Assembly: GCA_964392925.1 (NCBI GenBank)
Contig: CAYMRP010000001.1
Span: 51,945-115,944 of the forward strand
Reading direction: 5' to 3'
DNA length: 64,000 nucleotides
DNA from: an uncultured Gammaproteobacteria bacterium
Lineage (GTDB): Bacteria > Patescibacteriota > Microgenomatia > Daviesbacterales > UBA10151
The notes under the pieces were generated by a model. The model was not told the DNA's origin. It saw only the letters and a list, made by a program, of their open reading frames with translations, and did no database searches. Shown here piece after piece: positions 58,623 to 64,000 of this stretch (positions are counted from its first letter, which is position 1; each line of letters starts with the position of its first letter). Made by a program: the position numbers and the translations under genes.

Positions 58623-60324
58623 TTACAAAAATTGTAGTTTCAATCTGTTCAATACCCGCAGTTTTAGTAAGGGTTGTTAGGAAAGTTTGGAGCGCTGGCT
58701 GCTTTAATGGCGTAAAGCTCTCTGGATTAAATTTAACAATACCAATACCTTTTTCCCTCATAAGCGTAACGAATTGTTCGCTATTATTCTGTTCAATGTT
58801 TAGATTTACCTTTTGAGAAAGTTCGCTTATTGAGGGCAAATCATAACCGCTATATCCGTTAAACATTGGACAGTTATGAACAGTAGATGATAGTTGTGAT
58901 TTAGTAATATAACTTAGCCCTTCAGCGATATTATTTCCCGCCTCCAAATGAGTAACCGGAATTTCCAAGAGCATCTTTTTCTGATTAAGACAAAGATCCT
59001 GGACAGTGAAAGTTCTATCATCATAATAACTTTCCGCAGTCGATTTTAGGTTAAGTGGAATAAATTCTAAAATCAGAAACATAAAAACCAAAACATAAAT
59101 CACATTCGAATTTCTCCCTTTAGCCAATTTTTGCAGTCCAATTAACGAAAAGAATATTAAACCAAAATACAGTAAATAACTCCATCTTGCCGAAACTCTT
59201 ACTGATTCAAAAAGAGGGACAATCTTCATTATAATTGTATATGGCAAAGGAATTTGAGCATAAGTCCCATTAAAATTAAGCCGCGGCCCTAAAGAAAAAA
59301 TAAATCCCGTCAAAGCAGTTGTCAGGAAAAAAGCTTTATTCCAATCAAGCGTCATAAATAATGAGAGTCCTAATTTCTCCCTTTTAATACTAAATAACCC
59401 AATCGTACTTAGTATAATTATCAGAAATCCGGGAAAAGCAGCATGGCCGCCCCAGCCATTCTTATTAAATGAATTCCACTTTTCAAGCGGACTTAAATTA
59501 TATAAAAGAGAATTAACTGAAAAAGAAAACACATAATCACTAAGGCTGGCAGAATAAGTAATATACTCTCCGATATCTCTTTGGACATCATAGTAATTCT
59601 TCATATCAAAGTATCCCTTTATAAAAATTCCGGAAGTTACAATAAATGTCACCAGGATAATCAAAACCCCACTTACTTGAATATTTAAATTCTTACGATT
59701 CAAAAATTTAACAAAGAAATAAATACTTATAGCAGTCAGCAAATATACCGACAAATAAACACTCGAAAGAAATTGAACGGTTACAAATAAACCGCATAGT
59801 GCATATGTTTTTAGAGACCTATTCTCCGCAGTCTTAAATAGAAAATACAAACTAAAGAAAAATGGCCAATAACTCAACATTTGAAAGTGACTGATATTTA
59901 AATGAAAGAATGGCGAGAAAATAAATAACACTGCTCCTAAAAATGCCAGAATATTATTCTTAAATATAATCCTCCAAAATAAAAATAGTGAAAAGTAGTT
60001 CAAAATAAAAGTCAGAATAAAAACTATATTAAAAGTTAAAATTAAATTTTTAGTTATTAAGTAAAAGGGTAAAGCCATAATCGACTGAGGCAATAATAAA
60101 TCTGAAAACAAAAGCGAGTAGGGGTTTGGATAAAAAGCTGTCGTATTAAAAAAATTTGCAAAATCCAAACTAACAATTTTTGAAACATTCTGAAAAATAA
60201 TCCACACCATTAAGGCATAATCCCGCCAATCTATAAGATTAGTATCAAGATTAAATATTAGTGACCTAAAAACAAACAAAAGTAATACTAAAAAAACCAG
60301 AAAATATATGAGAGTGCTTTTCAC
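58609..60324 (-). CDS. YfhO-like GT-C membrane protein
   Basis: D..L..W, FYP...L.FSD, LGP, RVSARW, NGYSG; GTG start. Confidence 0.7.
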   Translation of the reverse strand: MKSTLIYFLVFLVLLLFVFRSLIFNLDTNLIDWRDYALMVWIIFQNVSKIVSLDFANFFNTTAFYPNPYSLLFSDLLLPQSIMALPFYLITKNLILTFNIVFILTFILNYFSLFLFWRIIFKNNILAFLGAVLFIFSPFFHLNISHFQMLSYWPFFFSLYFLFKTAENRSLKTYALCGLFVTVQFLSSVYLSVYLLTAISIYFFVKFLNRKNLNIQVSGVLIILVTFIVTSGIFIKGYFDMKNYYDVQRDIGEYITYSASLSDYVFSFSVNSLLYNLSPLEKWNSFNKNGWGGHAAFPGFLIIILSTIGLFSIKREKLGLSLFMTLDWNKAFFLTTALTGFIFSLGPRLNFNGTYAQIPLPYTIIMKIVPLFESVRVSARWSYLLYFGLIFFSLIGLQKLAKGRNSNVIYVLVFMFLILEFIPLNLKSTAESYYDDRTFTVQDLCLNQKKMLLEIPVTHLEAGNNIAEGLSYITKSQLSSTVHNCPMFNGYSGYDLPSISELSQKVNLNIEQNNSEQFVTLMREKGIGIVKFNPESFTPLKQPALQTFLTTLTKTAGIEQIETTIFVIKGN

Positions 60325-60330
60325 TCTTCT

Positions 60331-60359
60331 AGAATAATTCTCTATTAGTTTTTAAGCAA
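60331..60359 (-). promoter_or_regulatory. Sigma70-type promoter TTGCTT-17-TATTCT, 6 nt before GTG 60324
   Basis: Minus strand reads TTGCTT aaaaactaatagagaat TATTCT agaaga GTG. Confidence 0.6.
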
Positions 60360-60388
60360 TACTGCTAAATGTAAAAAAGTAAATTTAC

Positions 60389-60397
60389 TGATATTAT
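60389..60397 (+). promoter_or_regulatory. Extended -10 box (TGaTATTAT) 8 nt before GTG 60406
   Basis: TGn-TANNNT at leaderless spacing. Confidence 0.5.
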
Positions 60398-60405
60398 TAT
60401 CTACA

Positions 60406-62049
60406 GTGAAAATTAAAAATTTCAAACTAAATTATCTGCTTGTTGCAGCCTGCTTTGCTCTATTCATCCTGCTTCTTTTAAAGAATCCTTTTTCAACTCG
60501 TAATCTAATTGGGAATCTTGAGCCTTATCCCGATACCATCCACTACTTATCTCCCGCAATAAATTTTACGAACGGGGAAGGATTTTATATCGAGCGGGGA
60601 GGAAGAATTAAGAATCCAAATGTCCCTTTGCTATATTCTGTTTCTCTTATGCCGGTCTTTCTCTTTACAGACGACCCCAGAGCCTTCTATTTGGTTAATA
60701 TTTTCCTGGCATTACTCAGTCTAGGTTTTCTTTATAAAATTTCATCTAAAATTTTTTCCAATTCCTACATAACTTTCATCGTGATGTTTCTTTATATAAC
60801 TAATTATTTTGTTTATTGGTATCCAAATCTGGCTATGGCGGAGAATTTAATAATACCGATATTTTTGGGATCAGTTTGGCTTTTACTTGAGAAAGTATCA
60901 ATCCGAAATGTTTTAATTGCCGGATTCTTAGTTGTCAGTTTTTATGCCACCAAATATGCAACGATTCCCTTATCATTCTCACTCTTTCTTCTTTATGGCC
61001 TAAAACTTCTGATCGGTGAAAAAAATAACCGGCTAAAATACCTCTCTATATTTTTAATTTGGGTCACCGGACTCTTTTCCGCATTTGCTCTTTTCGAATA
61101 TCTGACAAAAGGCTTCAATATATTGAATTCTTTTGGCTCACTATATTCTCTAATTTTTTCCGGTGTAATTACTGGTGTTAATTCAGGTGAATCAGCTCCT
61201 TCTAATCCTTGGTTTTCGCTCAAATATCTCTCATCAAACTTAAATATTTATCTTGATGCAATTACTGGAAGTCCAATGAGATTTCTGTGGGACAGCACTC
61301 CACTGGTTCCTAAATTTGTAGGCATCTTCGGAATATCAGCACTTATATTTGGTCTATTCACCAAAAAGTTTAGATACCTTTCTTTCTCTCTCTTATTGTT
61401 CCTCTTCAGCCAAATTCTTTTTATGTCGACTTTTTATAGCACTGATGCTAGATATATTTATCACGCAATACCGCTGCTGCTTATTAGTTTTGGCTTATTT
61501 CTCAAGTTTCTCAGCGACTTAATCCGCAGGCTCTCTCCTAATAAAGGTCACCTTATATTTTATTCAATCCTCATCCTTATATTTGCAGGTTATCTTTTAA
61601 CAAGTGCCTATCGAATTAAATATCAAGTAGCCTTAAATCTTAAACACACCGAATCTCCTTGGTACTATATTTCTGTAGATGAAGCAAATAAATATTTTGA
61701 TACTTTGCCAAAAACAGATAAAAAACCTATTTTAATAACCGCTCTGCCTCCTTATTATGTCGATTATTTCTCAAAAGACAGATATACTCTTTTGCCGCTC
61801 TCATTAAGCCAAGAATTCCAAAAAGAAATGCCAGTTACTTGGGGTGATCACAATTTTACCGATCTGTTAGCGCTTTACAGTAGCTATATGAATAATGGTT
61901 ATTCTCTTTATATCTCCAATTACGGGTTAGGCAACGAAGATCATCTTCATAAAGATTTTGATAAAATCAAAGCCGCATTTAATATAGAGAAAGTCCACGA
62001 AGGTTGTTTTAATGCTTGTAACATTTTTAAATTGAATCCACCTCAATGA
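60406..62049 (+). CDS. GT-C-like (PMT_2) membrane glycosyltransferase
   Basis: EPYPD..HY loop, MAEN, ATKY, DARY, soluble C-terminal domain. Confidence 0.7.
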   Translation: MKIKNFKLNYLLVAACFALFILLLLKNPFSTRNLIGNLEPYPDTIHYLSPAINFTNGEGFYIERGGRIKNPNVPLLYSVSLMPVFLFTDDPRAFYLVNIFLALLSLGFLYKISSKIFSNSYITFIVMFLYITNYFVYWYPNLAMAENLIIPIFLGSVWLLLEKVSIRNVLIAGFLVVSFYATKYATIPLSFSLFLLYGLKLLIGEKNNRLKYLSIFLIWVTGLFSAFALFEYLTKGFNILNSFGSLYSLIFSGVITGVNSGESAPSNPWFSLKYLSSNLNIYLDAITGSPMRFLWDSTPLVPKFVGIFGISALIFGLFTKKFRYLSFSLLLFLFSQILFMSTFYSTDARYIYHAIPLLLISFGLFLKFLSDLIRRLSPNKGHLIFYSILILIFAGYLLTSAYRIKYQVALNLKHTESPWYYISVDEANKYFDTLPKTDKKPILITALPPYYVDYFSKDRYTLLPLSLSQEFQKEMPVTWGDHNFTDLLALYSSYMNNGYSLYISNYGLGNEDHLHKDFDKIKAAFNIEKVHEGCFNACNIFKLNPPQ

Positions 62050-63185
62050 TCAAAGTGCTAAAAATCCTCATCACCTGGAGATTACTGCTTTTTATACCTG
62101 TTATTCTTTCTCAATATCTATTAAATTACGGCACTTCTGTCCCTTTCTTTGAAATAACTTTTTATAAAGATTTACCTAAATATTTAGACTATCCATTCTT
62201 AACCGCTTGGGCAAATTTTGATGGTGTCCACTATTTAAATATCGCTTCTGACGGTTATGAAAGTGCCGGTAGATTCTTCCCCTTTTTTCCGCTGATCCTC
62301 TGGATCTTTAGTATGGGAAATATATATTTCCCTTTAACATTTATTATCTCTTTGATTATTCCTAACATAATTTTTATTCTCGCAGTTTATATATTTCTAA
62401 AACTGCTAAGGTTGGATTATTCAGAAAAAGTCTCTTGGCAGGCATTCTTATATTTAATAATTTTTCCCACCTCATTCTTTTTTATATCCGTCTATAGCGA
62501 AGGAATTTTTCTTCTCCTAACTCTTTTAAGTTTTTATTTGATGAGAAAAAAGCAGTGGTACTTGGCTGCCTTAACTGCCATGCTTTTATCAGGAACTAGA
62601 CTCGTTGGTCTGGTTATAATCCCCGCACTAGTATTTGAATATATTATTATCGTAAAACCCCGCGACTTCAAAGCATTTTTCACACTCGCTCATTTGACTT
62701 TTATATCTTCTCTCGGCCTTGTTGGATACTCTGTCTTTAGTTTTCTTCATTGGGGAGATTTCCTCCATTTTCTTAATGCCCAAGGCGAGCTTAATAATGG
62801 ACGTAGCACCTCTTCCCTTATTTTTCCTCTTCAAACAATTTATCGTTATTTCAAAATACTAACTACTTTACCAATAAGTTTATTTGAGTGGTGGGTAGCA
62901 CTCCTGGAACTCGCCTCATTTATTTATGGAGCCTTCTTCTTACTTCTGGCTTGGAGACGAAAAGCGAGACTCTCTTATTTAATATTTGGTGCACTCGCAT
63001 TTTTAGTGCCTTCTCTTAGTGGAACATTCTCCGGATTGCCCCGCTATCTTATTGTGATTTTCCCTATCTTTATTGCTATGGCCCAAATCAAATCCAATAA
63101 ATTTAAAAACTTATATTATCTGATCTCTGCATCTCTGTTATTCTTGTTAATGATGTATTTCACAATGGCATACTATATCTCATGA
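62046..63185 (+). CDS. PIG-V-like (GT76) membrane glycosyltransferase, paralog of 12303-13457
   Basis: WANFDGVHY..IA..GY, FFP.FP, YSEG.F, TR.VG, GLPRY. Confidence 0.8.
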   Translation: MIKVLKILITWRLLLFIPVILSQYLLNYGTSVPFFEITFYKDLPKYLDYPFLTAWANFDGVHYLNIASDGYESAGRFFPFFPLILWIFSMGNIYFPLTFIISLIIPNIIFILAVYIFLKLLRLDYSEKVSWQAFLYLIIFPTSFFFISVYSEGIFLLLTLLSFYLMRKKQWYLAALTAMLLSGTRLVGLVIIPALVFEYIIIVKPRDFKAFFTLAHLTFISSLGLVGYSVFSFLHWGDFLHFLNAQGELNNGRSTSSLIFPLQTIYRYFKILTTLPISLFEWWVALLELASFIYGAFFLLLAWRRKARLSYLIFGALAFLVPSLSGTFSGLPRYLIVIFPIFIAMAQIKSNKFKNLYYLISASLLFLLMMYFTMAYYIS

Positions 63186-64000
63186 TTATTTTAATTATCT
63201 CCATCGGACTAATTCTTAGGTTAATAAATTTAAATCAAAGTTTTTGGCTCGATGAAGCTATCTCTGCGCTCGCCGCCCGTGATTTTTCTTATTATTCTAT
63301 AACTTTTGAATTTCTTAAAATCGATAATCATCCACCTCTTTTCTATTTACTTCTTAAGTTTTGGGGACAACTTTTCGGCTTCACTGATTGGATTCTTAGA
63401 ATATTACCGGTAATTATGGGAACGGTTCTAATCTACGTCATTTATAAAATTTCTTTATTACTTACCACCAATAAAAAAATCGCTTTAACATCCGCACTGC
63501 TGGTTTCTACCTCTCCGCTTCTGGTTTATTACTCGCAAGAAGTTAGAATGTATATTCTAATCTCGCTTCTTTGTGCACTTCAAATTTATTCATTCCTTAA
63601 TTTAGTAAAAAAACAGAAATTTTGGAAATGGTCTCTTTTCTCTTCACTAACCGTACTTATTTTCTTCTCAGATTATATTACTGTTTTCTTCCTACCCATC
63701 TTTTTCTTATATCCTCTTCTAATAAAAGATAAACAATTATTTATTAGAGTATTGTTAGCTTTTATTCCACTCTTAGTGATATTTGGTTCTTGGTCTCCGA
63801 TGTTTAATGAACAACTATTAAAGAATAAGAATATTGTTGATTCTTTCCCCGGTTGGCAATATGTAGTCGGCGGTGCAACATTCAAGAATCTGGCTGTTAT
63901 CTGGATGAAATTTGTTTTCGGCAGAATTTCTTTTGATCCAAAACTTCTCTATTACAGTCTTGTCGCAATTGCTTCAGTCCCAATTTTACTTGGCTTGTTT
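63182..64000 (+). CDS. GT39/PMT_2-like GT-C glycosyltransferase, truncated by the window end and missing from the ORF track
   Basis: ATGA overlap at 63182; reads MIILIISIGLILRLINLNQSFWLDEA...DNHPPLFY...YSQEVRMY with no stop before 64000. Confidence 0.85.
   Translation, partial: MIILIISIGLILRLINLNQSFWLDEAISALAARDFSYYSITFEFLKIDNHPPLFYLLLKFWGQLFGFTDWILRILPVIMGTVLIYVIYKISLLLTTNKKIALTSALLVSTSPLLVYYSQEVRMYILISLLCALQIYSFLNLVKKQKFWKWSLFSSLTVLIFFSDYITVFFLPIFFLYPLLIKDKQLFIRVLLAFIPLLVIFGSWSPMFNEQLLKNKNIVDSFPGWQYVVGGATFKNLAVIWMKFVFGRISFDPKLLYYSLVAIASVPILLGLF

Noticed and set aside
60378-60389. Palindrome AGTAAATTTACT, with CTAAATTTAG at 18869-18878 and AACATGTT at 41896-41903, as shared operators
   Set aside because: Short AT-rich palindromes are expected by chance, and no regulator gene is in the window
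1445-63885. Short alternative-frame or antisense ORFs in the track (e.g. 1445-1660, 4847-5134, 10238-10597, 41660-42046, 63673-63885)
   Set aside because: They overlap well-supported longer genes and show no recognisable motifs
1-64000. CRISPR arrays, IS elements, prophage genes, tRNA/rRNA, or TGA recoding
   Set aside because: No spaced repeats or transposase/integrase motifs were seen, the largest intergenic gap is about 114 nt, and TGA acts as a normal stop in many ATGA overlaps

Overview
AT-rich, almost gap-free 64 kb window devoted entirely to surface-glycan synthesis. No rRNA, tRNA, CRISPR or mobile-element signal was seen. The gene style (overlapping start/stop codons, no Shine-Dalgarno motifs, many GT-C glycosyltransferases) suggests a CPR/Patescibacteria genome, possibly Microgenomates; this is an inference. 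Contents: (1) about 16 polytopic GT-C-type membrane glycosyltransferases, including six tandem ArnT/PMT-like paralogs and two PIG-V-like genes; (2) soluble GT2/GT4/GT11 enzymes, a DPM1-like synthase with DUF2304, and GDP-fucose synthase; (3) a GDP-heptose-type operon (hddA, gmhA, hddC-gmhB fusion) with a sugar C-methyltransferase; (4) a divergent nonulosonic-acid locus with a Neu5Ac-type NeuB, NeuC, a NeuA-SDR fusion, a WbuXYZ-type amidotransferase trio, three Gfo/Idh/MocA oxidoreductases and a methyltransferase; (5) a frameshifted, compositionally atypical GT-B gene that may be the nonulosonate transferase; (6) Wzx and Wzm/Wzt exporters. Most transcription units have a -10 box 6-9 nt before the start codon (leaderless layout), and all convergent genes abut with no terminator space. 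Assignments come from motifs read by eye; no database search was run.
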